Positions 51,020 through 60,243 of a DNA stretch of 64,000 bases are shown here, piece by piece (the stretch's first letter is position 1; each line of letters begins with the position of its first letter). The notes beneath the pieces are model-generated. The model had not been told where the DNA came from. It saw nothing but the letters and a program-made list of their open reading frames with translations, and ran no database searches. Origin of the DNA: an uncultured Alphaproteobacteria bacterium. Its GTDB lineage: Bacteria > Pseudomonadota > Alphaproteobacteria > HIMB59 > GCA-002718135. The position numbers were made by a program, and so were the translations under genes. Location: the NCBI GenBank assembly GCA_902575375.1, contig CACGRD010000002.1:49521-113520 (forward strand), given 5' to 3'.

Positions 51020-53545
51020 TCAATTCTTAACTGTTTTTTTCTTTTTTTTGAGACCCATTTTAGCTTTTCTTTCATCAATTAACCTAATGGCATCTTCTAG
51101 TTTTAAGCTATCAATTGTTTGATCACCAAGAATTGAAGCATTTATTTTTCCACATTTTACATATGGTCCAAATTTTCCATCATGGGCAGTAATATTTTTC
51201 TTTTCTGTTGGATGCTCTCCAAATGTTTTTAACGTCGCATTACCTCTCTGTGTAGGTTTAGCAATTAATTCAATGGCTCTTTCAAGTTCAATATCAAGAA
51301 TATTATCTGTTTTTTCTAGAGCTTTATATTTTTTATCATGCAAAATATATGGTCCATACATTCCAATACCGGCACTAACCGTTTTATTTGTTTCCGGATG
51401 AAATCCTAATTTACGTGGTAAGCCAAGTAGTTGGATTGCTGTGTTTAATCCTATTTCATCTGGTTCAAAATTTTTAGGAATAGAAACTCTTTTTGGCTTC
51501 TTTTCTTTTGTCCCTTCACCAACTTGCATATAAAATCCATAAGGACCTTTTCGAAGAGTAATCATTTCTCCTGTTTCAGGATAAATACCAATTTCTTTTG
51601 GTCCACTAAGAGCAGCGCCATCTTTGTCATTTAGTTGATTAAACTGAACTGTGTATTTGCAATCAGGATAATTAGAGCAACCAATAAAACCTCCAAACTT
51701 GCCAACTTTTATTCCTAGTCTTCCATTATCGCAGGTTGGACATTTCCTTTTTTCATCTGCTCCGTTTGGTGGAAAGAAATGAGGACCCAAGGCTTCATCT
51801 AGAACATCAATAACCTCTCTGTTGGATTTACCTACAGTTTCATCACAAAGTTGTTTAAACGTTTCCCAAAATTTTCTTAGAACCTCTTTCCAATCAAGCT
51901 TACCATCAGAAATTTCATCAAGTTGATTTTCAAGATCAGCGGTAAAATCATATTCGACATATTGATTGAAATATTTCTCTAAAAATATCGATACTATTCT
52001 TCCTCTATCATGAGGATTAAAACGTTTTTTGTCTAAAATTACATAATCTCTATCTTGTAGAACTTTAATAATAGAAGCATAAGTAGACGGTCTGCCAATA
52101 CCAAGTTCTTCAAGTTTTTTAACTAAGCTTGCTTCGGTGTAACGAGGAGGAGGGGAGGTAAAATGTTGTGTCTTTTCAAGTTCTTTTAAATTTAAACTCT
52201 CTCCTTCACTCATGGCAGGAAGAATTGTTTCTTTTTCTTCATCTTTGTCATCATCTTTAGCTTCTTGATAAACTTTGTACATCCCAGGAAACTTAATTGT
52301 TGATCCATTTGCTCGTAAAACAATTTTTTTATCTTCGTTTGTAATATCAACAGCTACTTGATCTAATACAGCACTTGCCATTTGTGAACTTACCGCTCTT
52401 TGCCAAATAATTTCATATAGCTTATATTCTTCTAAGGTAATGTATTGCTTAATATCTTTTGGTGTTAGGTAAATATTTGTTGGCCTAATACATTCATGTG
52501 CTTCTTGGGCATTTTTCGCCTTAGATTTATAAACTCTTGGCGCTTCTGGTAAATAGTTTGCACCATAATTATCAGTAACAAAACCTCGAACTTGGTTAAT
52601 GGCTTCTTTTGACATGACGACACTGTCTGTACGCATATAAGTTATTAAGCCAGTTGTTTCTCCTTTAATGTCTGTTCCTTCATAAAGGCGTTGAGCTGTA
52701 CGCATTGTTTGACTCGCACTAAGACCAAGTTTACGACTAGACTCAATTTGCATTGTTGATGTAGTAAAAGCAGGGTAGGGATTTCTTCTAGCTTCTTTTT
52801 TTGTGATATTTCCAACAGTGAAAGTAGAATTTTTAATATCATTAAATATTTTTGTCGCTTCACTCTCATTTTTAATATCAAGTTTATCTACTTTATTCCC
52901 ATCATAAACTGTTAGTCTAGAATTAATGATTTTATCTTCTTTATTTCTAAACTCGCCTTGTAAAGACCAATATTCCTGTGGAATAAATTTTTCTATTTCA
53001 AGTTCTCTTTCACTTATTATTCTTAAAGCAACAGATTGAACTCTACCTGCTGATTTTGATCCTGGTAATTTTCTCCATAGTACTGGAGAAAGTGTAAAAC
53101 CGACAAGAAAATCTAAAGCTCTTCTTGCAAGATAAGCATTAACTAGATTTTCATCTATTTCTCTTGGCTCTTTAAGACTATCAAGAACTGCATTTTTTGT
53201 AATTTCATTAAATGTAACACGGTGAATATTTAATTTTGAAAGTGATGAATTATCTCTAAGTAGTTTTTCTACATGCCAAGCTATAGCCTCACCTTCACGG
53301 TCGGGGTCAGTGGCTAGATATAAATTTTCAGATTTTTTTGCTGCATCTGTTATTTCTTTTATCACTTTTTTTCCACGATCACTGGTTTCCCACTTCATTT
53401 GGAAATCATTTTCAGTATCAATCGCATCATTTTTTGCTGATAAATCTCGAACATGTCCCACACTTGCGAGAACTTTGAAGTCAGAGCCTAAATATTTATT
53501 AATAGACTTTGCCTTTGATGGTGATTCAACAATTAATACATTCAT
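51020..53545 (-). CDS. topA: DNA topoisomerase I
   Basis: Toprim N-terminus MNVLIVESPSKAK, GLITYMRTDS with the active-site Tyr, a C-terminal zinc ribbon (CPTCDNGRL...CSNYPDCKY) and a Lys-rich tail. I prefer the ATG at 53545 over the track's TTG at 53560. Confidence 0.96.
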   Translation of the reverse strand: MNVLIVESPSKAKSINKYLGSDFKVLASVGHVRDLSAKNDAIDTENDFQMKWETSDRGKKVIKEITDAAKKSENLYLATDPDREGEAIAWHVEKLLRDNSSLSKLNIHRVTFNEITKNAVLDSLKEPREIDENLVNAYLARRALDFLVGFTLSPVLWRKLPGSKSAGRVQSVALRIISERELEIEKFIPQEYWSLQGEFRNKEDKIINSRLTVYDGNKVDKLDIKNESEATKIFNDIKNSTFTVGNITKKEARRNPYPAFTTSTMQIESSRKLGLSASQTMRTAQRLYEGTDIKGETTGLITYMRTDSVVMSKEAINQVRGFVTDNYGANYLPEAPRVYKSKAKNAQEAHECIRPTNIYLTPKDIKQYITLEEYKLYEIIWQRAVSSQMASAVLDQVAVDITNEDKKIVLRANGSTIKFPGMYKVYQEAKDDDKDEEKETILPAMSEGESLNLKELEKTQHFTSPPPRYTEASLVKKLEELGIGRPSTYASIIKVLQDRDYVILDKKRFNPHDRGRIVSIFLEKYFNQYVEYDFTADLENQLDEISDGKLDWKEVLRKFWETFKQLCDETVGKSNREVIDVLDEALGPHFFPPNGADEKRKCPTCDNGRLGIKVGKFGGFIGCSNYPDCKYTVQFNQLNDKDGAALSGPKEIGIYPETGEMITLRKGPYGFYMQVGEGTKEKKPKRVSIPKNFEPDEIGLNTAIQLLGLPRKLGFHPETNKTVSAGIGMYGPYILHDKKYKALEKTDNILDIELERAIELIAKPTQRGNATLKTFGEHPTEKKNITAHDGKFGPYVKCGKINASILGDQTIDSLKLEDAIRLIDERKAKMGLKKKKKTVKN

Positions 53546-53610
53546 AAATTTTGGCCCCAAATTTCAGTTTAAAGATAATTCGTCAAGAAATTTTAAAAAA
53601 AAGTATATTT

Positions 53611-54216
53611 TTACTTGGATAATTTAATTTTACTTTCAGTTTTGTTTACGAGTCTTTTAATGTTTTCTGTGTGTTTAAGATAAATAATTAAAGTTAAATA
53701 AATAAAGAAAATTAGAATATAAAAATTAAAATTAATAAAAATATAATAAGCTGGAGCTACTAAAATTCCAATTAAAGATCCAAGAGAAGAGTATTTACTT
53801 ACAAAAGCAGTAACAAGCCATACTAATAAAAATAAAAGTGCAATGTAAGGATTAAGACCAAATAAGAAACCAATATACGTTGCAACACCTTTTCCACCTT
53901 TAAATTTCAACCAGACAGGATAGATGTGACCTAATATGGCAAAGTGACAGAGAAGTATTTTATTCAATAAAGAAATATCTTGAAAATACATTTGTAAAAT
54001 GAAGAACGGAAGAAAGCCTTTAAAAATATCAAAACAAAGAACAATGAATGCTACAAATTTATTTCCTGTTCTTAAAACATTTGTTGCACCTACATTTCCA
54101 GAACCAACCTTTCTAATATCTCCCAAGCCAAATAATTTTGTAAAAATCAATGCAAAGGGTAATGATCCTATTACATAAAACAATATGATTAATGATAAAC
54201 TACTTACTAAAGTCAT
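53611..54216 (-). CDS. plsY: Glycerol-3-phosphate acyltransferase PlsY
   Basis: 201 aa membrane protein with GSGNVGATNVLRTG and KGGKGVAT motifs. Confidence 0.92.
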   Translation of the reverse strand: MTLVSSLSLIILFYVIGSLPFALIFTKLFGLGDIRKVGSGNVGATNVLRTGNKFVAFIVLCFDIFKGFLPFFILQMYFQDISLLNKILLCHFAILGHIYPVWLKFKGGKGVATYIGFLFGLNPYIALLFLLVWLVTAFVSKYSSLGSLIGILVAPAYYIFINFNFYILIFFIYLTLIIYLKHTENIKRLVNKTESKIKLSK

Positions 54217-55345
54217 CTCTGTTTTTAATAATTAAGTCTAAGCATGCCATTCGTACTGCAACACCCATAGCGACCTGTTCTTGTATTAAGCTCCTCGTGA
54301 CGTCATCGGCAAGTTTGGAGTCTATTTCTACACCACGGTTCATTGGACCTGGATGCATAACGAAAGCATTTTTTTTTGCATATTTAAGTTTATTGTAATC
54401 TAAACCATACTTTTTAAAATAAGTCTTTTGATTTGGCATTATTTTCCCAACTATTCTTTCTTTTTGAATACGTAGCATCATAACAATATCACAATTCTGT
54501 AATCCCTTTTTCATTTCTGTATAAACGTTCACAGGTAGTTTATTTAAACTTTTTGGTAACCATTCTTTAGGCCCAATAACATTTATTTTTGCACCTAACT
54601 TTGATAGTATGATTATGTTTGATCGAGCAACACGACTATGTAAAATATCCCCGCATATAGCAATTTTTAATTTTGCAAAATTTTCAAATTTATTTTTTAT
54701 AGTAAGTGCATCTAATAACGCTTGTGTGGGATGCTCATGACTACCATCACCAGCGTTAATTACAGACGCATCTACTGTTTCTGAAATTTTTTTACTAATT
54801 CCTTCCTCTGGATGTCTGACAATTAAAACGTCAGGATTCATTGAATTAATAGTAGTCATAGTATCGAGTAAGGTCTCACCTTTATTAATAGAACTATCTT
54901 TTACCACTACATTAATGAGATCTGCTCCCAGCCTTTTAGCAGCAACTTCAAAACTTGTTCTTGTTCTTGTTGAATCTTCAAAAAAAAGATTAAATATTGT
55001 TCTTCCTTCTAAAACATTAATTTTTTTAATTTTCCTTTTATTAAAAGTAATATATTTTTTAGATTCATCTAAAATGTGCCCAATTTCTTTCTTGGTTAAA
55101 TCAGCTGTTTCTACTAAATGAATTTTTTTAAAAATATTTTTACTTCTTTTTAATTTGATATTTGTTTTTGAAGAAATTGATGAATAATATTTTAAAGCTA
55201 TTTTTTCTGCGTCTTTAAGAATTTTTGAACCTGTAGATGATCTGATTGCTTTTAATTTTGGCATTTTCACTTTCATTTGCCAATATTTTGAATTTTCTCT
55301 TTTATATAATTTTATGTGTCCTGATTTAAGTAGCTTTGAATTCAT
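54200..55345 (-). CDS. pyrB: Aspartate carbamoyltransferase catalytic chain with an atypical N-terminal extension of about 72-75 residues
   Basis: The core (about 309 aa) has FFEDSTRTRTSFE, HPTQALLD and HPGPMNRGVEI. There is no ATG/GTG/TTG in frame near the usual ATCase N-terminus (KKIHLVETADLTKKEI). The first ATG is at 55345 (the track uses TTG at 55354). Confidence 0.9.
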   Translation of the reverse strand: MNSKLLKSGHIKLYKRENSKYWQMKVKMPKLKAIRSSTGSKILKDAEKIALKYYSSISSKTNIKLKRSKNIFKKIHLVETADLTKKEIGHILDESKKYITFNKRKIKKINVLEGRTIFNLFFEDSTRTRTSFEVAAKRLGADLINVVVKDSSINKGETLLDTMTTINSMNPDVLIVRHPEEGISKKISETVDASVINAGDGSHEHPTQALLDALTIKNKFENFAKLKIAICGDILHSRVARSNIIILSKLGAKINVIGPKEWLPKSLNKLPVNVYTEMKKGLQNCDIVMMLRIQKERIVGKIMPNQKTYFKKYGLDYNKLKYAKKNAFVMHPGPMNRGVEIDSKLADDVTRSLIQEQVAMGVAVRMACLDLIIKNRDDFSK

Positions 55346-55383
55346 ATGTGTCAATAATGTGTAAGTATGTGTAAACTAATTTA

Positions 55384-55842
55384 TTAATTATTTCTATATC
55401 TATCTAAGTATCCTTGTAAGATATAAGCAGCCGATTGTTGATCAAGTTTACTTTTTATCTTTGTTTTACTCAAATCGGCCTTTCTCATTTCTTTAAAGAT
55501 TACATCTGATGAAAATCTTTCATCCCAAAGAGCTGTAGGTTTCTTAAAAAAGGTTTGAAGATTAATATTAAAATCTCTTACTAATTGGCTTTGTTTGTTT
55601 TCACTATTATCCAGGCTAATCGGCAGACCAAGAATAAATCCTCCAATTTCATACTCTTTCAAAATATCTTTCATGATAATTAAATCTTTATTAGTTCCTT
55701 TTCTTTGGATAATTGAAAGAGGTGTAGCGATTATTTTTGATCTATCGCTTACTGCAACACCAATCGTTTTAGTTCCTAGGTCTAGACCTACAAGTATTTG
55801 TGATGTATTAAGGCCATCGATTAAATTATTTTGATCATTCAT
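55384..55842 (-). CDS. ruvX: Putative pre-16S rRNA nuclease / Holliday-junction-resolvase-like protein YqgF (RuvX)
   Basis: ILVGLDLGTKTIGVAVSD...DERFSS...QSAAYILQGYLD motifs. I prefer the ATG at 55842 (MNDQNN...). The track start at 55881 would overlap gatC. Confidence 0.88.
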   Translation of the reverse strand: MNDQNNLIDGLNTSQILVGLDLGTKTIGVAVSDRSKIIATPLSIIQRKGTNKDLIIMKDILKEYEIGGFILGLPISLDNSENKQSQLVRDFNINLQTFFKKPTALWDERFSSDVIFKEMRKADLSKTKIKSKLDQQSAAYILQGYLDRYRNN

Positions 55843-55859
55843 ATAATGGAGCTCATAAA

Positions 55860-56147
55860 TTGAAGATTGATAAAAATACAATAAATAAAATTGCTCGTCT
55901 ATCTAGAATAAAGTTAGATGATAAAGAATCTGAAGATTATATTAAGGATCTTAATTCCATTTTAGACTGGGTAGAGCAATTAAATGAAGTTAATACTGAA
56001 AATGTAGAACCGTTAAGTAACATATCATCATCAATTTTACCTAAAAGAGAAGATATATCTAATGATACTAATTCTAGTGAGGAAATTCTTGAAAACGCTC
56101 CTGATAAACTCGAAGGTTTTTTTGCAGTACCAAAGGTGGTAGAATAA
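55860..56147 (+). CDS. gatC: Glu/Asp-tRNA amidotransferase subunit C
   Basis: 95 aa with INKIARLSRIKLDDKESEDY...ENAPDKLEGFFAVPKV. TTG start; the nearby upstream ATG (55846) runs into a stop after 5 codons. Confidence 0.9.
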   Translation: MKIDKNTINKIARLSRIKLDDKESEDYIKDLNSILDWVEQLNEVNTENVEPLSNISSSILPKREDISNDTNSSEEILENAPDKLEGFFAVPKVVE

Positions 56148-57571
56148 TGTCTAAATCATCTTTGAAACAAACCTTAAAAGATCTCGATACAAAAAAAATA
56201 TCAATAAGAGAATTAAATCAGGATTACTTAAAAAGAGTTAAGGAAAATGAAAACTTAAATGTTTTTATTCATTTTAGCGAAGAGAATGTTTTAAAGCAGA
56301 TAGATAACTTAGAGAATGATAATTCAGCAAAAAAATTAAAAGGTATTCCAATTGCAATTAAGGATCTATTTTGTACTAAAAGTATGCCTACAACTGCAGC
56401 TTCAAAGATTTTAGAAAATTTTAATCCAACTTATGAATCATTTATTACTCAAAAATTATTAGATGAAGGATCTATTTTTGTTGGAAAAACAAATTTAGAT
56501 GAGTTTGCTATGGGCTCAGCTACTAATACAAGTTTTTTTGGAAATACAATTAATCCCCTATCAAAAGAGAATGAGCCTTTAGCTCCTGGTGGATCTTCTG
56601 GTGGTTCCGCGGCCGCAGTTGCTGCAGATTTATGTTTAGGGGCAACTGGAACAGATACAGGCGGATCAATAAGACAGCCAGCTAGCTTTTGTGGTGTTGT
56701 TGGTATCAAACCAACATATGGTTTATGTTCACGATGGGGTATAGCTGCATTTGCATCTAGTTTGGATCAAGCAGGAATTTTTTCTCATAATGTTGAAGAT
56801 GCATCAATATTATTACAATCAATAGCTGGGTTTGATCAAAGAGATAGTACAAGTGCTAAAGTAGATATTCCAAATTATTTTGAAAATTTAGATGATGATC
56901 TAAATGGGAAAACTGTTGGTATACCAAAGGAGTATTCTATTGATGGTACACCAATGGAAATAAGTCAGATATGGGAAGATGCTATCAAGGTTTTAGAAAA
57001 AAAAGGTGTTAAAATTAAAAATATTTCACTTCCTCATACTAAATATGCACTTCCTACTTATTATATAATTGCTCCTGCTGAAGCTTCCTCAAATTTAGCT
57101 CGTTATGATGGAGTAAAATATGGTTTTAGATCGGAAGAAATTGATTCTCTTGATGAAATGTATGAAAATACAAGAGCTCAAGGTTTTGGAAGAGAAGTAA
57201 AAAGAAGAATTTTAATAGGAACATACGTATTATCTGCAGGATATTATGATGCATATTATCTGAAGGCACAAAAAGTAAGAAAATTAATAGCCGATGATTT
57301 TAATAAAGCTTTTAAAGAGTGTGATTTTATAGTTACTCCTACTGCCCCAAGTGCTGCATTCCCTTTAAATGAAAAACAAAATGACCCTATCAAAATGTAT
57401 TTAAATGATGTGTTTACGGTTCCAGCTTCTTTAGCAGGCTTACCTGGTATTTCCATTCCCTTTGGGAAAGATAAAAATAATTTACCACTAGGTATTCAAA
57501 TATTAGGAAAACACTTTGATGAACAACAAGTTTTTAATGCCGCTGTATCTCTAGAAAGATCATATGAATGA
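56147..57571 (+). CDS. gatA: Glu/Asp-tRNA amidotransferase subunit A
   Basis: Amidase signature [36 protein letters not shown]. Confidence 0.96.
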   Translation: MSKSSLKQTLKDLDTKKISIRELNQDYLKRVKENENLNVFIHFSEENVLKQIDNLENDNSAKKLKGIPIAIKDLFCTKSMPTTAASKILENFNPTYESFITQKLLDEGSIFVGKTNLDEFAMGSATNTSFFGNTINPLSKENEPLAPGGSSGGSAAAVAADLCLGATGTDTGGSIRQPASFCGVVGIKPTYGLCSRWGIAAFASSLDQAGIFSHNVEDASILLQSIAGFDQRDSTSAKVDIPNYFENLDDDLNGKTVGIPKEYSIDGTPMEISQIWEDAIKVLEKKGVKIKNISLPHTKYALPTYYIIAPAEASSNLARYDGVKYGFRSEEIDSLDEMYENTRAQGFGREVKRRILIGTYVLSAGYYDAYYLKAQKVRKLIADDFNKAFKECDFIVTPTAPSAAFPLNEKQNDPIKMYLNDVFTVPASLAGLPGISIPFGKDKNNLPLGIQILGKHFDEQQVFNAAVSLERSYE

Positions 57572-59039
57572 TTTAATAAAAGGTAAAAAGTATGATTGGG
57601 AAATGGTAATAGGTCTTGAAATACATGCTCAGGTAAAATCCAATTCCAAATTATTTTCTTCATCATCAACAAAATTTGGTTCATCACCAAATAGCCAAGT
57701 ATCTTTAGTTGATGCTGCTATGCCAGGAATGTTACCAGTAATTAACAAGTACTGTGTAGAGCAAGCAGTAAAAACTGGAGTTGGTTTAAATGCTAAAATT
57801 AATAATTATTCAGTTTTTGATAGAAAAAATTACTTTTATGCTGATCTTCCACAAGGATATCAAATTAGTCAGTACAAATATCCAATTGTAGGAGAAGGAA
57901 AAGTTACAATTGATTTTAAAGATGGAACATCGAAAGATATTAGAATTGTAAGATTACATTTAGAACAAGATGCTGGTAAAAGTTTACACGATCAAAATCC
58001 TTCAAAAACATATGTAGATCTTAATAGGTCTGGTGTTGCTTTAATGGAAATTGTTAGTGAGCCTGACATTAGAACGCCTGATGAAGCTGGAATGTATATA
58101 TCCAAAATCAGATCAATTTTAATGTATTTAGATACATGTGATGGAAATATGCAAGAGGGTTCTTTAAGAGCAGATGTAAATATTTCAGTAAGAAAACCTG
58201 GAGATGAATATGGAACTCGATGTGAAATTAAAAACTTAAACTCTATTAAGTTTATAAAGCAGGCTATTAATTATGAAGCAAAAAGACAAATAGAAATATT
58301 GGAGTCTGGCGGTTCTATTGAACAAAACACAATGCTCTTTAATACATCTACTGGCAAAACTAGACCCATGAGAAATAAAGAAGAAGCTCATGACTATAGA
58401 TACTTTCCTGATCCAGATTTATTACCACTAGAAATTTCTAAAGAAGAAATAGGGAAAATTAAATCATCAATACCAGAGCTTCCAGATGAGCTTAAGAATA
58501 AATTTATTGAGACTTATAAATTGTCTAATTATGATGCCTCAGTATTAACTGCAGAGAAACAAACATCTGATTATTTTAATGAAACAATTAATTCAGATCC
58601 AGAATTAAAAAATCATGCAAAAATAGTTGTAAATTGGATTACGTCTGAATTGTTTTCATTATTAAACAAAAATAATCAAGATTTAAATAACTCTCCAGTA
58701 TCACCTGAAAACTTAGGACAACTTATAAAGTTAATTTCTACAAATGAAATTTCTGGCAAAATTGCAAAAGATGTATTGGAAGACATGTTTTCTTCAGGAA
58801 AAACAGCTAGACAAATCGTAGATGAAAAGGGTTTGCAACAAGTTACAGATCAAGGTGAAATAGCAAAAGTTATTGATGAGGTCATTGCAGAAAATCCAAA
58901 AATGGTCGAACAGTATCTAGCAGGTAAAGATAAGTTATTAGGTTTCTTTGTTGGCCAAGCTATGAAATTAACTAAAGGAAAAGCTAATCCAAAAATGTTA
59001 AATGATATTTTAAAACAAAAATTAAATAAAAAAAATTAA
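57564..59039 (+). CDS. gatB: Glu/Asp-tRNA amidotransferase subunit B
   Basis: [13 protein letters not shown]...[11 protein letters not shown]...[17 protein letters not shown]...[10 protein letters not shown] motifs. Confidence 0.96.
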   Translation: MNDLIKGKKYDWEMVIGLEIHAQVKSNSKLFSSSSTKFGSSPNSQVSLVDAAMPGMLPVINKYCVEQAVKTGVGLNAKINNYSVFDRKNYFYADLPQGYQISQYKYPIVGEGKVTIDFKDGTSKDIRIVRLHLEQDAGKSLHDQNPSKTYVDLNRSGVALMEIVSEPDIRTPDEAGMYISKIRSILMYLDTCDGNMQEGSLRADVNISVRKPGDEYGTRCEIKNLNSIKFIKQAINYEAKRQIEILESGGSIEQNTMLFNTSTGKTRPMRNKEEAHDYRYFPDPDLLPLEISKEEIGKIKSSIPELPDELKNKFIETYKLSNYDASVLTAEKQTSDYFNETINSDPELKNHAKIVVNWITSELFSLLNKNNQDLNNSPVSPENLGQLIKLISTNEISGKIAKDVLEDMFSSGKTARQIVDEKGLQQVTDQGEIAKVIDEVIAENPKMVEQYLAGKDKLLGFFVGQAMKLTKGKANPKMLNDILKQKLNKKN

Positions 59040-59366
59040 ACGTAAAGAATAGCATCTATAAGCAACAATTATAAATGTTAAAACTATCCAAATAATACTT
59101 CCTTTGTAGTTTTCTGCTGCTCTCCAAATTCCAATAGAAATAAATATTGTCCAAATAAAAATAAAAATTTTTGAGATTAGCGCAAGATTAGTAAAATCTA
59201 AAAAAGGTATTTGCGAAACAGAGCTATCTGTATTAAAAAAATAAATTTCAAGATTAAATATTACAAGTAAAACAATACCATTTAGTAGTTCACCAACTAA
59301 CCAATAGGATTTCCAGAGTTTTATTTTTCCTTCAAAAAAATCTTTTATTATATTTGTATTAGTCAT
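59022..59366 (-). CDS. Hypothetical small integral membrane protein
   Basis: 114 aa with about 3 predicted TM segments. I recognise no family motif. Co-directional with, and 64 nt downstream of, the DUF4198-like gene. Confidence 0.6.
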   Translation of the reverse strand: MTNTNIIKDFFEGKIKLWKSYWLVGELLNGIVLLVIFNLEIYFFNTDSSVSQIPFLDFTNLALISKIFIFIWTIFISIGIWRAAENYKGSIIWIVLTFIIVAYRCYSLRLIFFI

Positions 59367-59430
59367 TTTTATTTATCTTTAATATTATAATTATTCATAA
59401 AATTTTTAATAGCAATTCAACACTCTTAAA

Positions 59431-60243
59431 TCATTTATTGGATGTTTTTAATGTATAAGAAGTCCACAACGAATGCCATTTAGCATAATTATCTTTTTTC
59501 TTATTACTGCCTTCAATTATAACAACACTTTCAATTAGATATTTTGTGTTTTCTTTAAATAAGTAATAAAAATATCCACCCTTGTTTGTTCTGACATATT
59601 CTTTTCTAAAATAACCATTATTTAAACTCATAATAGAAACCTTATGATCAGCTAGTATTTTATTTTTATATTCTAATAGAATTCTTTTACTTTCATTTAA
59701 ATTTTTAAGAGGATTGTCTAAAAAAATTAATTCAAAGTCCATATTTGTATCGATATCTTTACCATCAAAATTTTCCACGCTAATTAATGACTTTGCATAT
59801 CTTTTATAACTTTCAAAAAAATTTTCTGGGTAGTTATTTTCTCTATGTTTTTGAGCTAAATTTGGATATCCTTTCTCTCTTGTGAAAATTTCAAATTTTA
59901 CTAATTTTTCATACTCAACATATTTAGTAACTGATTCAACTTGTATTACATTTAATCCTTTGAACGCTTTTTTAATATTAAGAGCGGGAATATCACCTAA
60001 TCTACCTTTAATTTTTAATTTATTATCTTCAGCATGAAGGAATGCAATTTTAAAATATTCTTTTGTAAATGGTATTGGTGATCCTTCAAAATTTTCTCCT
60101 ATAAAGATATTCGCCACAGCTTTTTCATTATTTGATAAGTGATAATTTTTTGGATCAATCCAAAATTCATGACATAAAGAGATTTTTGTTATTGAAGTTA
60201 AGATAATAATAAATATTAATCTTTTTAAGGTAAATTTCATCAT
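59431..60243 (-). CDS. Secreted DUF4198 / COG5266 (CbiK-like 'Ni/Co transport periplasmic component') family protein
   Basis: Signal peptide MMKFTLKRLIFIIILTSITKISLC, then HEFWIDP (family hallmark H-[DE]-F-W-h-x-P). RYAKSL mid-motif and C-terminal AKWHSLWTSYTL (compare adWeSlWASLTF). Confidence 0.75.
   Translation of the reverse strand: MMKFTLKRLIFIIILTSITKISLCHEFWIDPKNYHLSNNEKAVANIFIGENFEGSPIPFTKEYFKIAFLHAEDNKLKIKGRLGDIPALNIKKAFKGLNVIQVESVTKYVEYEKLVKFEIFTREKGYPNLAQKHRENNYPENFFESYKRYAKSLISVENFDGKDIDTNMDFELIFLDNPLKNLNESKRILLEYKNKILADHKVSIMSLNNGYFRKEYVRTNKGGYFYYLFKENTKYLIESVVIIEGSNKKKDNYAKWHSLWTSYTLKTSNK

Noticed and set aside
56590-56640. A conspicuously GC-rich patch containing a NotI site (GCGGCCGC) in an otherwise AT-rich genome.
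   Set aside because: It is fully explained by the Gly/Ala-rich amidase signature of GatA ([12 protein letters not shown]), whose codons force G+C.
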